NCBI GenBank assembly: GCA_964019335.1
Contig: OZ025673.1
Coordinates: forward strand, 310,001 to 374,000
Reading direction: 5' to 3'
DNA from: Diplonema japonicum
Taxonomy: Eukaryota; Protista; Euglenozoa: Diplonemea
Length of the DNA stretch: 64,000 nucleotides
Positions 34,561 to 46,263 of the stretch are shown one piece after another. Each line of letters begins with the position of its first letter. Position 1 is the stretch's first letter. The translations under genes were made by a program, and so were the position numbers. The notes beneath the pieces are model-generated. The model saw nothing but the letters and a program-made list of their open reading frames with translations. It did not search any database and was not told the DNA's origin.

Positions 34561-35922
34561 CTAATCTTGGTCCATGTTCATGCCACCATCGAACAGCATG
34601 TTTGCGGCAAGCTCTTCATTCCGGTCGGCAATGAGATACGCCTGTATATGACATAAAGATTATCCCCCTCCAAGGCATACCTGTGCAGCCTGCTGTTCGG
34701 TGAACCCAAGTTGTTGCAGCCTTGTGATGGCCTGCCTGTCTGCTTCAGTGATGACCACAGCACCAGGGGGCACCTGAGGAGCGCTGCCTGCAGCCTGCTG
34801 GCCCGGGAGGCCGTTGCGAAGGATAGAGAGGAACTCCTGCTGGTTGTCGTTGATGAGTTGGAACAAGTTAGGGTCCTGCTCCCTCAGCGTGCTCATCACC
34901 CTCTCCAGCATACGGGGGTCAGCCGCCACTGCCTGTCTGATCTGCGGGAGCTCGGGTATCTGCGCCAACGCCTGCGCCAGCTGCGACTCCCCACCAGCAG
35001 GCGCTGCTCCGGCCGCGCCTCCTGCAGCCGGGCTTGCTGCAGGTCGTGCTCCGCCACTCACTCCTGTCTGCATCAACTGCCCTAAGCCTGCAAGAAACCT
35101 CTGCAGCGCTTCCGGACTCGGCGGTGCCTGCCCTTCCCTCCCCTGCTGCAGGATCGCCATAATCGCTGCGATCTGTTGCGGCGTCACCTCACCAATGCCC
35201 TGCAAGTGTGCTACAAGACAAACAACATACCGGGACGTTAAGGACGGGGGTCGCTTGCGGTGCTGCTGCCTCAGGTGCGACGGGTTCACCGCTTGCTGCA
35301 GGTGCTGCAGGAGCCTGGGGGGGTGCGACCTCTGTGGTGGGTAAGCTGTGAAGTGCCGACGACATACGTGGGATGTGCCCGCTTAGCAGGAAGTCCACCG
35401 CACGGTCGGGGTTGTTGTAGCCGGCCTGCAGGGCTTGGATCACCTTCTCCTTCGGCCAGTCGCCCATTGCCATGATCATCTCAACCGTCTCGTCAAGTTC
35501 ATTGCCTGTCACAAAGGCGCCTGCTGCAGATGCTGCCGCCTCCGATGCTGCTGCGGCAGGGGCATCGGGGGTGGGGGCGGCGGGAGCGGCGGCTTCTTCT
35601 TTTTTGGGCTCTTCCTCAGCAGGCTTAGACGCCTCGGCTGCGGGAGCAGGCGCAGGAGCAGTGTTCTTCTTACCGACCATCACACATGTCACATTCTCCA
35701 CAATGCCCACGCTGGTGAGGGACGCACTGGCATCCGAGAGGACCTTGCCCTTGTAGACAATGCTGTCTGTGGTTGGGAGGAAGGGTTAAAAAAGAAAATA
35801 CGAGACATACTCACGGAATAGTCTTTCTCCAACTGCTGTTTGAGGTCGGCCACAGTCCCAGACTCCTCAACATTCACCTCAAAGACGCTCTTCCCTGTTA
35901 CTGTCTTCACTAGGACCTTCAT
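34561..35922 (-). CDS. RAD23: UV excision repair/ubiquitin receptor RAD23 (UBL-UBA-STI1-UBA); introns 35767-35810, 35332-35367, 35200-35230, 34642-34680
   Basis: MKVLVKTVTG UBL with IVYKGKVL; UBA1 ALQAGYNNPDRAVDFL; XPC-binding-like QLINDNQQEFL; UBA2 LGFTEQQAAQAYLIADRNEELAANML. Confidence 0.93.
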
Positions 35923-36704
35923 ATTTCTTTTTTTTTTTCTTTTGGCTTGTTTTCACTATAGTTGATGTTTTCAATGTGCTGCGGGGGGGGAAACAACAGG
36001 GGGAAGCCTTCGCTAAAAGAAAAAGATAAATTAACACAACCACAAACACGCGTTTTCTTTTTTTCTTTTTGAAAAAAAAAACTTTTTAATTTTACTTCGA
36101 ACAACACGTTAGGTTTCCGGATGGGATTCTTTTTTTTTTTTTTTTTTTTGTGTGTTTTTTTTTTCTTCTTGCTAACAGAAGAAATTAACGAAGATTCGTT
36201 TGCAAAAGGAAGAGAGGGGAAAGAAATCGGCTCGAATACGGGTGTGGAATTGGCCGTGTAAAGCAGTAAGAGCAAAAATAAATGAGAGATGGGGAGGAGA
36301 GGAAAAAAAAAAAAAAAAAAAAAGAGAATAAAAGTGGGGCAACAAAACAAAAACCATACTTACATTTCCCTGGGACCAGGAAAATGAAAAGGGTTCCCCA
36401 TTCTCTTTTTTTCCCCTTCTTTTTTTTTTTTTTTTTTTTTCCCTCCCACTTTCACTTGGAGAGAGCAAAAAGATCGAATTACTGTAAAAAACATGGTGGG
36501 GGTATTTTGGCAATGTCGAAAGATTGTGCCTGGGTGACAGTTGCTCGATGGACAGGTGCCGTGAGGTTTGCCTTATTCTTGTCTCTCCGCCTAGCATCAC
36601 CCGGGCACAGACTTTCCTGAAATGACTAAGGAGAGGTGTCATTACGCACCTAGACCCGGCCAAAGGTCTTACAGCCCGTTGGTTTAAAAAAAAATCGACA
36701 TACC

Positions 36705-36852
36705 ATTGCCAAATGAGCCATTATTTAACGGTAACTCTCGTTTGAACCCTACGGGGCCCTCGTGCAAAAAAAAAAAAAATAAAAAAAAAAAGAATTCGGA
36801 AACTCGAGTTAAATTATGACTCATAAATTGTTGGTAATAAAAACAGCTATTT
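36705..36852. mobile_element. Truncated inverted copy of the left end of the 15618-16188 element
   Basis: gccaaatgagccattatttaac...gggccctcgtgcaaaaaa...ctcgagttaaattatgactca...ttgttgg.aataaa is the reverse complement of ~15620-15750. Confidence 0.75.
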
Positions 36853-36959
36853 TTATTACCCCCGCGCCCCCCCTTTTTTTTTTGCTTCCATCTTTGAAAC
36901 ACAAAAAAATTGGGGAATGGGGAAAGGTCAAGAATACATAGACAAAACCTGGCTAAAGT

Positions 36960-38813
36960 CTAGTGAGGTTTGAAGGGGTTTTCACCCGGGGGGTCACTAT
37001 GGATAATCTGGGGGAACGTGTTCTCGGCCGGGGGTTCTGGCACCTTAGCCACCAGCGGGGCTGAAACAGTGTTGGCCTCCATCCTCTCCCTCTCGGCAGG
37101 TGTGAGCCCAAACGCGGGTTGCAGCACAGTTCTATCAAGAGCAGAAACAAGTCCGAGCAATCTGTCCCGAATCCTACCGAATCTAGATTCATCCTCCCCA
37201 CCGGGTTCACTGGACGCGTATATCGCAGAATGCACCCTGGAAAGCTGCAAACGGTTGACCCTAGACACCCCACCACCACCACCACCACCACCAACAGTCC
37301 GTCCCAACGACGCATCGAGTGTACCATACGTGTGACCAAACATTTGACTGACTCTTCGTGCTGACCTGCCTTGTGACCTCCTCATAGTGTCTAGCGGTAC
37401 AGGGGGAAGCCCTGCTGCAGAAGCTCCAAGATCATTATCCGCAATGTTCGGTACAATTACGTTAGTATTATTATTATTACTACTATCAGCACTGTCCGTG
37501 GGGATGCCCAGACACATGAAGAACGGCTTCGACAAGCACCCGCCGATCAACGTGGTCACCATCACTAAAATATAAGTTGTGGTTACCATGCCGTCCTTGT
37601 GCCCCTTGTCTCTGCTTTCAATGGATTGCGACAAGGCAAAGGCGATGACACCGCGGAGCAGCCCTGCATACACGATACCTAGGTATTGCGTGAAGGTAAG
37701 CTTCCGCTCACCCTTTTTCCCGCGGTTCCCGAGCCCGATCAGCGTGAACACAAGAATAACACGGCAGACAAAAAGCGACAGGAACATTCCCGCAGCCAAC
37801 TGGATATCTTGAACGGTACCGTCGACCTCGGTAAAGCTGAAATCATCTCCTATGTAGGACCACATGTAGAATCCGAGAACGGTGAAGATAAGCGCCTCCA
37901 TAGCATAGGAGAAGGTGTTCAAGGAATGGTACGATGTGAACTGTGCAGCAGGGGAGATGTTCAATACGGTGTACTGCGACTGGACAATGCCGCACACAAA
38001 AATGGAGATTATACCGGAACAGTCGACCATTTCCGCAACAAAGTACGAGATGAAGCCGAAGAGGAAGACGAGGATTATCTCTACATCGTGCGGCGGCCTC
38101 GCTCGGTTCCACTTCGCACAGAACGCCGATACAAATCCGGTCGCCACGCCAAGTGCCACCGACAGCACCAGAACTTTTATGAACTCGACTGTGAGATCGC
38201 CCATAAGCCCCCATGTCACAGATTTATCTTCTTCTGGCCCGCCGAATTCAACTAAATCAGCAGCGATGTTGGATACCGCTCTGAAGAGTACAACAGCTAT
38301 GCCATCGTTCGCCATTCCTTCTCCTGCTAGGATGCAATACAGAGTTGGGACTGCTTCCGGATCGAGCAGTGCAACCACCGCCACTGTGTCTGTTGATGCT
38401 ATGACAGCTCCTAAAACAAGACAATCCATATTTGAGAGATCTCTCGCCCACCCCTTCGACACCATTAGCATTGCTGTGTAAGACAGTCCCAGCCATAGTA
38501 GTACGGTGCCGACAAGGCCGATGAGGAGGATGGATCTGAAGTTTGAGAAGAAGGTTTTAACGTCAAGACCGTACCCTGCACAGAAGATGATGATCGGGAG
38601 GACGGCGTGGAAGAAGACCTGGTCCTCGAACTTCAAACCAGTTAGATCCTCGTCAGGGTAGAGAAGGCGCACGACCCCGCCAAAGCTCACCCCCAAGGAT
38701 ATCATCACTGCACTGAAATGCAGCCAGGAAATTCGGAAAGTGTCAAATAACGACGATAAGTATATCGTCGCTGCAAGGAATAGGAACACGTAGAACAATG
38801 CATCCTCACTCAT
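36960..38813 (-). CDS. Na+/H+ exchanger (CPA1/NHE/NHX family)
   Basis: FFHAVLPIIIFCAGY; GAVIASTDTVAV; GEGMANDGIAVVLF; AGLLRGVIAFAL; likely ATG at 38813 (MSEDALF). Confidence 0.93.
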   Translation of the reverse strand: MSEDALFYVFLFLAATIYLSSLFDTFRISWLHFSAVMISLGVSFGGVVRLLYPDEDLTGLKFEDQVFFHAVLPIIIFCAGYGLDVKTFFSNFRSILLIGLVGTVLLWLGLSYTAMLMVSKGWARDLSNMDCLVLGAVIASTDTVAVVALLDPEAVPTLYCILAGEGMANDGIAVVLFRAVSNIAADLVEFGGPEEDKSVTWGLMGDLTVEFIKVLVLSVALGVATGFVSAFCAKWNRARPPHDVEIILVFLFGFISYFVAEMVDCSGIISIFVCGIVQSQYTVLNISPAAQFTSYHSLNTFSYAMEALIFTVLGFYMWSYIGDDFSFTEVDGTVQDIQLAAGMFLSLFVCRVILVFTLIGLGNRGKKGERKLTFTQYLGIVYAGLLRGVIAFALSQSIESRDKGHKDGMVTTTYILVMVTTLIGGCLSKPFFMCLGIPTDSADSSNNNNTNVIVPNIADNDLGASAAGLPPVPLDTMRRSQGRSARRVSQMFGHTYGTLDASLGRTVGGGGGGGGVSRVNRLQLSRVHSAIYASSEPGGEDESRFGRIRDRLLGLVSALDRTVLQPAFGLTPAERERMEANTVSAPLVAKVPEPPAENTFPQIIHSDPPGENPFKPH

Positions 38814-39415
38814 ATTCTTTTTTTTTTTTTTTGTTGGTCCTTTCCTTTTGGCTTCTCGTGCCGGTAATGAGGGAAAAAAGAAAAGGATAAAAAAAATATA
38901 GAACGACAATGGTGGGGGGGGGAAGGAAAAAAAAAAGGAAATGGGGCAGGGCGTGGTGGTAGGGGAGAAAAATGGGGGTGGGAAAAAAAAAAAGAGGGGG
39001 ACTAAAGGGGAGGGGTGGGACAAAAAAAAACACAAAAAGAAGAAAAAAAACGGGATCTTTAAACCCTTATTCACCAAAGGGGGGGGGTTCATTTTTTTTT
39101 TTCCTTATTGAGAATCAGAAAGGATTTAAAAAAAAAAAAAAGAAAAAAGGGCCCCGACAGAAAAAAAAGAAGAAAAAAAAACCCTGTAAATAAAGAAGAA
39201 AAAAAAAACACTTCAATTTTTCGGAAAAAAAAAAAAAAGAAAAGAAAAAAAAAAACCACCCGTAAAAAAAAAAAAGGAAACCCAAGAAATTGATAAAATA
39301 TGAGAAATAAAAAAAAAGGGGGAACAAAAAAAAAAAAAACAGATAGTCTCCCCCCCTTCAAAACACTATGAGAAGAAGAAGACGGTCGCGTACCACAAAG
39401 CAACAACCTACGTAT

Positions 39416-40213
39416 CTAGTACCTGTACTTGTACATGTTACGACGAGCAGTGTTGTAGATAGGGAGGGTGTAGTAAATGCCCCACGAGGAGAGGACAGGC
39501 TCACGGTCGTAGTAGTAGTGGTTGACGGTGTCGGACACCTGATTTTTTATTTTTATTTTTTGTTTCTCCCCCCCTGTGTTCATACCTGCTGGGTAGTAAG
39601 GTCATCGATCCTGGCGAAAGACTGCTCAAGAGGAGTGAAGGTACCCTTGCTCACAAGCTCCTTCCCGATTGCGGCGTTGGCCTTGGCAGCACCGTCAGCC
39701 TCGAAAAGAAGCCTGTTCTTGAGCAGGTTCTTTCCGACCTCCACCTGGTAGGGCGCCAAACGCATGCAGTATCTCACCCACTCGTTCTGAAGCGCGATCA
39801 AGAAGTGCCAGGACTCCTCCCTGTAGTCACCCAGGTTGTGGGTGAAGTAGAACCCCTGCAGACCAGTGTCGGAGTTGGTGTCGAAGAACGTCCTCACCTC
39901 CTCAAGCGGCTGCTTCCCAGCCTGCGTGCTCTGCCTCTCAATGTTGAACCTGATGTACCAGTTGCTGGTCATGTCGTTCATGAACCTGTCGTAGTTCCCG
40001 AACACCTCGGTGAGCAGCCTCAGGGGCACCACGTCGGCACTGCTGGCGGGGCAGATCTCCCACCCGAGGGCCACGTGGTTGCTGTAAGGCGGCTGCAGGG
40101 TACCGCAGTCCATCCTGGCGGCACCACCAGTGTACCTCTTGGTGGTTTCGGTTTCCGCGGTGTCCTTCATATCGCCGAAGTTCTGTGGGGTTAATATATA
40201 CCATTTCCCCACC

Positions 40214-40247
<34 letters not shown>

Positions 40248-40973
40248 CTTCTCAGCAGCCTCGAGCACGGCGGAGGAAGAGACGTTTCCTGTGGCAACAA
40301 GGGACATGCACTTGGTGTTGTGGAACAATGTGTGGAAGCTGGCGAGATCCTCTACGGTGATGTTCTCCTTAAGGTTGGCACCGGTCCCGAAGGGGCTCAG
40401 GGAAAGACCGCCGTCCGCGTCGAACTTGGTAGATTCGTAGGCCTGGCTGTACAGGTTGTGCATCACCTGGGCGGGGAGGTTGTTCTCGAATTCCTTCAGC
40501 TGGTCGATGACCTCAAGTCTAGCAGCGTCGATGGCAGATTCATCAAGCTTGGGGTTTCTGGTGACATCAGCGAGGAGTTCAATCGCCTTGTTGGCGTCGC
40601 TGCCGAGGCAGTTGATGGTCACGGACTGGTGTTCCCTGCCCTGTTCGAACTTGATGTCGCCACCAAGGGCCTTAACAGCCGATTGGACCTCACTTGCGCT
40701 CTTTGTCTGGGTGCCATGCCACATGGCTCTCTGGAGGAGAGCGCTGCACCCGTTGTTCTTCAGGGTGTCGAACCTTGACCCGGATTTGCTGTGAACCGCG
40801 ATGCTTGCGAAGTCCCCCGCGCCGCCCTCTTGGGTGGCTACCTTGAATTGATTGTTCAGTTTGTTCACCTCCACAGGTGCCTGCCTGTTGAGGAAATTGT
40901 TGACGAACTCACTTCCGGCGGAGAGAATCCTTGGGTTCTTCGCCATCGTGATCGTTGATAGAGACGCCGACAT
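39416..40973 (-). CDS. M16 family mitochondrial processing peptidase beta/complex III Core-1-like protein; introns 40183-40247 and 39539-39585
   Basis: SGSRFD..NNG.SALLQRAMWHGT; NSDTGLQGFY; EVEVGKNLLK; spliced C-terminus YYYDREPVLSSWG...YKYRY*. Confidence 0.88.
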
Positions 40974-41554
40974 TTTCTTTTCTTTTTTTTTTTCCCCTCC
41001 TCTTTTTTTTTTTTTTTTTTTTGTTGAATTGAAAAAAAAAAAAAAAAAAAAAAAAACTGTAAAATAGATGTTATAAAAAAAAGAAAATACATCAAAAAAG
41101 GGTGGTAAGAGGGGGGGGAGAAACGTGGAATGAAAAGAATAAAAAAAAATAAAGGGGGGTAAAAAAAAAAAAGAGAAGGGAGGGTTTTGAAGGAGGTTAG
41201 CTAGGAAGGAAAAGAAACAAAGCAGGGAAGATGTTAAGGAAAAAAAAAAAAGTTTAGTACAAAGTTGAAGCTTTTCGTTTTCTTTTTTTTTTTCTAAAGG
41301 TTTCTTTTTTTTTTTTTTCAACCTCTATGTTCGAATAAAAATGCCCTGTAGGCATGAGGTCAACCCTCCAGTACCGTCCCTACAAAAATATAAAAAAAGG
41401 GGGGGGATAACTTTTCCCATTGGCATAGCCCCTTTTTTTTTCATTGTAATTTGTTTTATAGCTACACTTTATTAGTTTTCTTTTTCCGTGTAATTTTTAA
41501 AATAATTTCAAAACACTTTTTTTTTTTTTTTTTTTTGTAATCACTGCTCGTTTT

Positions 41555-42007
41555 CTACTTCTTCTCCTGTATTTCTTTTTTTTTTTTTTTTTAAATCTGA
41601 ACACACCTCATGTTCCCCAGCACGGGTCTCCCTGTCCTTCTTCTGTGCCTCGTACAGCTTTCCAAACTCAGCGGTCTTTGTGACGGAGATCACAATCTGC
41701 GCGGTCGCATCATTCCTGCCACCCTTGTCGGTCTTGATCTTAGTGATCTTCGCCAGACCGTTACGCTCAAGGCGGTCGGCCACACCAACAGCAGCCTCAA
41801 TGCAGCTCCCAAGGGCATGAATGTGGAGCGTCTCCTGATCAGTCAAGATCTTCTCAGCAAGCGCCACGTAGAAGATAGGCGCCTTGGTACCCTGTGTGTG
41901 TGTTGTGTGTTAGAGACTTTAACAACCACCCCTTGCCACCATACCTGGATGTTCAGCCTGTCCTCCGCACGTTCCACACCACCGTCAGCTTTGTTGGGAG
42001 CGCTCAT
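41555..42007 (-). CDS. Alba-domain RNA/DNA-binding protein, copy 1; introns 41892-41944 and 41567-41606
   Basis: IFYVALAEKIL..LHIHALGSCIEAAVGVADRLERNGLAKITKIKT; spliced ORF MSAPNK...EHEEKK*. Confidence 0.88.
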
Positions 42008-42704
42008 TATATTTTGTGTGTGTGTGTGTGTTGTCTATTGAATTGTGCTGGGAGAAGGGGGGAAGTAACAACAAATATTAATTATATCAATAATAATTAA
42101 AAAAAAAAGGGGGGGGAATGAAACAAGTAGAAAAAAAAAAAGAAAAAAAAAACAAACAAGTAGAACAAAAAAAAAATAAGGAGATCTCCCCTATATTGCA
42201 CTTCACTATTATGCAGTCCAATTTCTTTTTTGTATTTATTTTTGCTATTTCAATCTTTTCCCTTCCCCCCCCCCCCAATTTTTTCTTAAGTGTACCGCTT
42301 GTTTTAAAAAAACTTTTAAAAAAGAATAACAGGGGCGAAGTGGGTGGATAGTGGCTGAAGAAAAGCCGAAAAAAAAAGGAGGTTGGCGTTGTTTTCTTAT
42401 CTAAAAATGTTAGTTTACTATGTAGTGGCTTCTCCCGGGCCCCCACCACTTTTTTTTTTCTACACCAAAATTTATCAAAAAAACTTTTTTTTTTGAACCA
42501 CTGAGCGCAACGGGCTGTTCCGTGTAAAAAAAAACACTTAAGAAAAAAGAAATAAGAGAAAGAGAGCCGAGAGACATGGAGCATCGCAGTAGGGGTAAAA
42601 AAAAAAAACACTTTTTTTTTTTTTCTTTATTTTTTCGTCTCTTTTTGCTCGCTTGCTCTTTATTTATTTTTTCTTTTTCTTTTTTGTCCGAAACACAATC
42701 GTCT

Positions 42705-43164
42705 CTACTTCTTCTCCTGTATTTCTTTTTTTTAAATATTTATTTATCTCCCTGAACGCACACCTCATGTTCCCCAGCACGGGTCTCCCTGTCCTTCTTC
42801 TGTGCCTCGTAAAGCTTCCCAAACTCAGCGGTCTTTGTGATGGAGATCACAATCTGCGCGGTCGCATCATTCCTGCCACCCTTGTCGGTCTTGATCTTAG
42901 TGATCTTCACGAGACCGTTACGCTCAAGGCGGTCGGCCACACCAACAGCAGCCTCAATGCAGCTCCCAAGGGCATGAATGTGGAGCGTCTCCTGATCAGT
43001 CAAGATCTTCTCAGCAAGCGCCACGTAGAAGATAGGCGCCTTGGTACCCTGTGTGTGTGTTGTGTGTTAGAGACTTTAACAACCACCCCTTGCCACCATA
43101 CCTGGATGTTCAGCCTGTCCTCCGCACGTTCCACACCACCGTCAGCTTTGTTGGGAGCGCTCAT
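42705..43164 (-). CDS. Alba-domain protein, copy 2 (tandem duplicate); introns 43049-43101 and 42717-42763
   Basis: Near-identical to copy 1, with two amino-acid differences. Confidence 0.88.
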
Positions 43165-43246
43165 TATATTTTTTGTGTGTGTGTTTTTGTATCCCCCCTT
43201 TTTTTATTTTCTCTTTTTTTATTTTCTCTTTTTTTCTTTCTTTACT

Positions 43247-43300
<54 letters not shown>

Positions 43301-43333
43301 GAGAAATGCACTGGAAAGTACAATTATCCCCCA

Positions 43334-44965
43334 TCATGCAAGGACAAACGTGACTGAACCCTCTTCAAGATTGAAATCAATTTTGTACCCTTCAAAACAA
43401 ACATCTCTATCGGGGTAAAACGGACATGGCGCGTAGTCTTTGCACAGGGTCGGCCCGGTGTACAGCGTGATCGATACGTGAAGACCCTCTTCAGTGCGAA
43501 GGCAGATCCCCTTGGAATAGTAATAGACAGTTGTCGTACCAGCGTCGGCATCAGCATCGCGATCCTCCACTCTACCAAGCACGTTGAGAACCCTCCATTC
43601 TGACAGACCAAGGAGAGCGAGAACAGGTTCTATCTCAAGAGGAGCGTCAAAGGAAACAGCAGGAGACGCCAATGTGACAACAAGCCTAAACGAGCAACAC
43701 CATACCCCCTCATGCGGCCGCCCGTAGGAAGACGCTTCAGGCGATGAAAATCCAAAATGAGAAAGTTCCACCGGATCAGGCCTCACATAACCAAAATCAC
43801 ACAAAGATCTCAACAAATGCGTTGGGGAGGGATCGCCTTCTTGCGCAGAAGTATAAACCCGTCGAAGAGGGCCTTCGAGTTCACCCGCAGTAACACTGTT
43901 CCATTCCGCCCCTGCTCTTACAAGACCCTTCAGCCCGAAGGGTGATTCAGCAGCAGCGTATTTTCCGAAGGAAACGACCCGATTGCCGTGTTCGCCTTCT
44001 ATGTAAATGGCGTTGCGGTCGTAATCGTTTCCCCATGGGTACGTGTATCCTTCAAAGCCTTTAACAGCGGCTTCCCATTCTTGCCAGTGTGGGAGGCGGC
44101 ATCCTATCGACTCGGCTACCCGTTTGCTTGTGAAATACGTCAGCTCGGAAAAATCATCAGTTATTGTATCTTTCTCATAAGCCATCCAACGGTTTGAAAC
44201 TGTGTCCCAAGTGTGTCCTGTTGAGTGCGATGTGTGGAAGTCTTTTGGAAGGCAGTTTTCCAGTTCTGGGAAATGTAAAACCGCGCAGGCAAGGCGTCGA
44301 AGCTGGTTGACGCGTACAGGAAGTTCAGATATGTAGTACGGTTCCTTTATGGTTATGGTTTTTTTGGGAATGGTGCGGGTGTACGGGGTTGCTTTATGTT
44401 GCGGTTCGTCTGCTCCGACCGTGTACTCACCTTTGGGGATTAGTTTGAACGAGATGCCGGCAAGGTCGTTGAGAAGGTTCAGCAAACGAGTGATATCGTC
44501 CAAGCGGGCCATCATAGTAGGTGTGAAACTTTCGCGGATTTGTAATGAGCGTTCTGTTTGGGTTTGGAGCTTCCGGCTTTCTGTTGTTGCGTGTCTGTCG
44601 GTGCTTGTCTCGACGCTTAGGTCTTTTTCCTGTCGTTTTTTTACGAGTTGGTCCAGTTTGCGGACGCAAAGTTTTACTTCACCAAGTTTTCCTTCCTTGT
44701 CGATGGCGCGTAGATTTGTCTTCATTTTCGCGATTCGTTCCTTGAAGTCGCCGAGGTCCAGTACTTCCCATTTTGACTCGATGGTGTGCATTTCTGGTTG
44801 CAGGTCTTCAAGTTCTACCAGTGCGTACTCCCCCTTGACGATCTCCGAGTGAAGCGCCAGGCTGTTTTTTCTTAGTACCAACAGCATCTCACGGATGTCG
44901 TCGATGTTTTTTTGAATTTGTAGGTTCCCTCCTGATGCTGTGTTGTCGTCATCGATCGTGAGCAT
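43334..44965 (-). CDS. Coiled-coil plus formylglycine-generating-enzyme (FGE-sulfatase/SUMF1-like) domain protein
   Basis: FKLIPKGEYTVG; YYISELPV; CRLPHWQEWEAAVKG...YPWGN; SPFGL...AEW; SFRLV. Confidence 0.8.
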   Translation of the reverse strand: MLTIDDDNTASGGNLQIQKNIDDIREMLLVLRKNSLALHSEIVKGEYALVELEDLQPEMHTIESKWEVLDLGDFKERIAKMKTNLRAIDKEGKLGEVKLCVRKLDQLVKKRQEKDLSVETSTDRHATTESRKLQTQTERSLQIRESFTPTMMARLDDITRLLNLLNDLAGISFKLIPKGEYTVGADEPQHKATPYTRTIPKKTITIKEPYYISELPVRVNQLRRLACAVLHFPELENCLPKDFHTSHSTGHTWDTVSNRWMAYEKDTITDDFSELTYFTSKRVAESIGCRLPHWQEWEAAVKGFEGYTYPWGNDYDRNAIYIEGEHGNRVVSFGKYAAAESPFGLKGLVRAGAEWNSVTAGELEGPLRRVYTSAQEGDPSPTHLLRSLCDFGYVRPDPVELSHFGFSSPEASSYGRPHEGVWCCSFRLVVTLASPAVSFDAPLEIEPVLALLGLSEWRVLNVLGRVEDRDADADAGTTTVYYYSKGICLRTEEGLHVSITLYTGPTLCKDYAPCPFYPDRDVCFEGYKIDFNLEEGSVTFVLA

Positions 44966-45348
44966 TTTTTTTTTTTTGTTTTGTTTTGCCTATTTTTTTT
45001 TTAATTCTTTTTTTCCCCCCCCCCCACATGATACGAAAAATAAAAAAGAGAGAAATAAAACATGAGAAATGGTAGAGGGGGAAAAAAAAAAAAAAAAAAA
45101 AAAAAAAAGAAATGCAACTAGAATTGCACTGTACCTCAAAAAAAAATAAAGATTCTTATCGAATAGACTTCAGTGTTCACTGAAAAATAAAAAAATAAAA
45201 AAAAGCGTGATTACAATTTCGCTGCCTTTTTTTTTTTCCCCTTCTTCTTTTTTTCTTCTTTTTTTTTTCTAAAACAAAAAAAAAAAAATCTAATATTCGT
45301 AAATAAATCTACGTTTTCTAAAAAAAAAATTAAGATTTTCTAAAAGTG

Positions 45349-45382
<34 letters not shown>

Positions 45383-45384
<2 letters not shown>

Positions 45385-45952
45385 AGCAATACTGAAAAGG
45401 ATCATCAGGGAGCTGCGCCTTCAGGTGCGTATGGGACTTTGTAATAGGAATAGGCTTGTACTGACGGCTACCGTCGATAAGTGTGACGTAACACGTAGAA
45501 GTGATGGCAGCAATGACGCAAGGGGACCAAGTGTGGTCTGAACGCAGAACCAGCGCACGATCGCCCCGAGAGAAGAAGACAAAGGTCCTTGAAGAAGACT
45601 GGCAAGGGGTGCAGAAGTAGGACTCACACAATTCACACACAGCCATCGTCCTTCTAGACTTCCCACAGTCGCTGCACCCCACCTCGTGTGCACTAAGAAA
45701 CGGAACTAGACTATGAGCACACCCACTTAGTGCGTCAAGCACCTCTCGTGTCACTCCAACGCCTTCAGGTGTTGGGATCGGGTCGATTTCCATCCCCTCG
45801 GCTTCTTCTTCCTCTTCTTCATCACTGAGGTCGAACACGTCCTTTCGCAGCCACATCGGGTGCGATTCACCCTCTGCCTCCCTCATGCAAGAGAAGACAT
45901 CTGTGCTGCCTTTGAAAAAGTGGTTCGCAGCATTCACCGCGATTTGCACCAT
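45383..45952 (-). CDS. Hypothetical protein with a Cys-rich (B-box/Zn-finger-like) segment and an SH3/Tudor-like C-terminus
   Basis: CAH..CSDC...CELCESYFCTPC; GDRALVLRSDHTWSPCVI. Confidence 0.72.
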
Positions 45953-46134
45953 TTTCTTTTTATTTTTTTTCTTTTTTATATCTGTTCAAAAGATAATGAG
46001 GAGGGGTAAGAAGAGAGGGGGGAAAGAAAAAACTATTTTCCGGGGGGGGGTAAGAGACTGCATACAGTTCATAATACGAATCATATCATTCGAGCATAGA
46101 TGGGGGGGAAATGCTTCTGCACCCCAATACAAAC

Positions 46135-46165
<31 letters not shown>

Positions 46166-46263
46166 GCTTGTGCAGTTCCGGAAGCGCACAGAGCCCGTTT
46201 CCTACCATCACTCGTATTGCACTGTATGCTGGGGGGGGGGGGGGGGGGGGCATGTAAATGCCA

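Noticed and set aside
36620-36672. SRP (7SL), U3 or RNase MRP RNA
   Set aside because: Only short word matches (ctaaggag, ggaaagtc); the helix-8 AGCAG, C/D boxes and P4 partner strand were not found.
43334-44965. Diversity-generating retroelement (FGE/C-type-lectin-fold target plus an RT in the same window)
   Set aside because: No template/variable repeat pair with adenine-specific mismatches was seen. The RT is ~29 kb away, has RNase H and DIRS-type termini.
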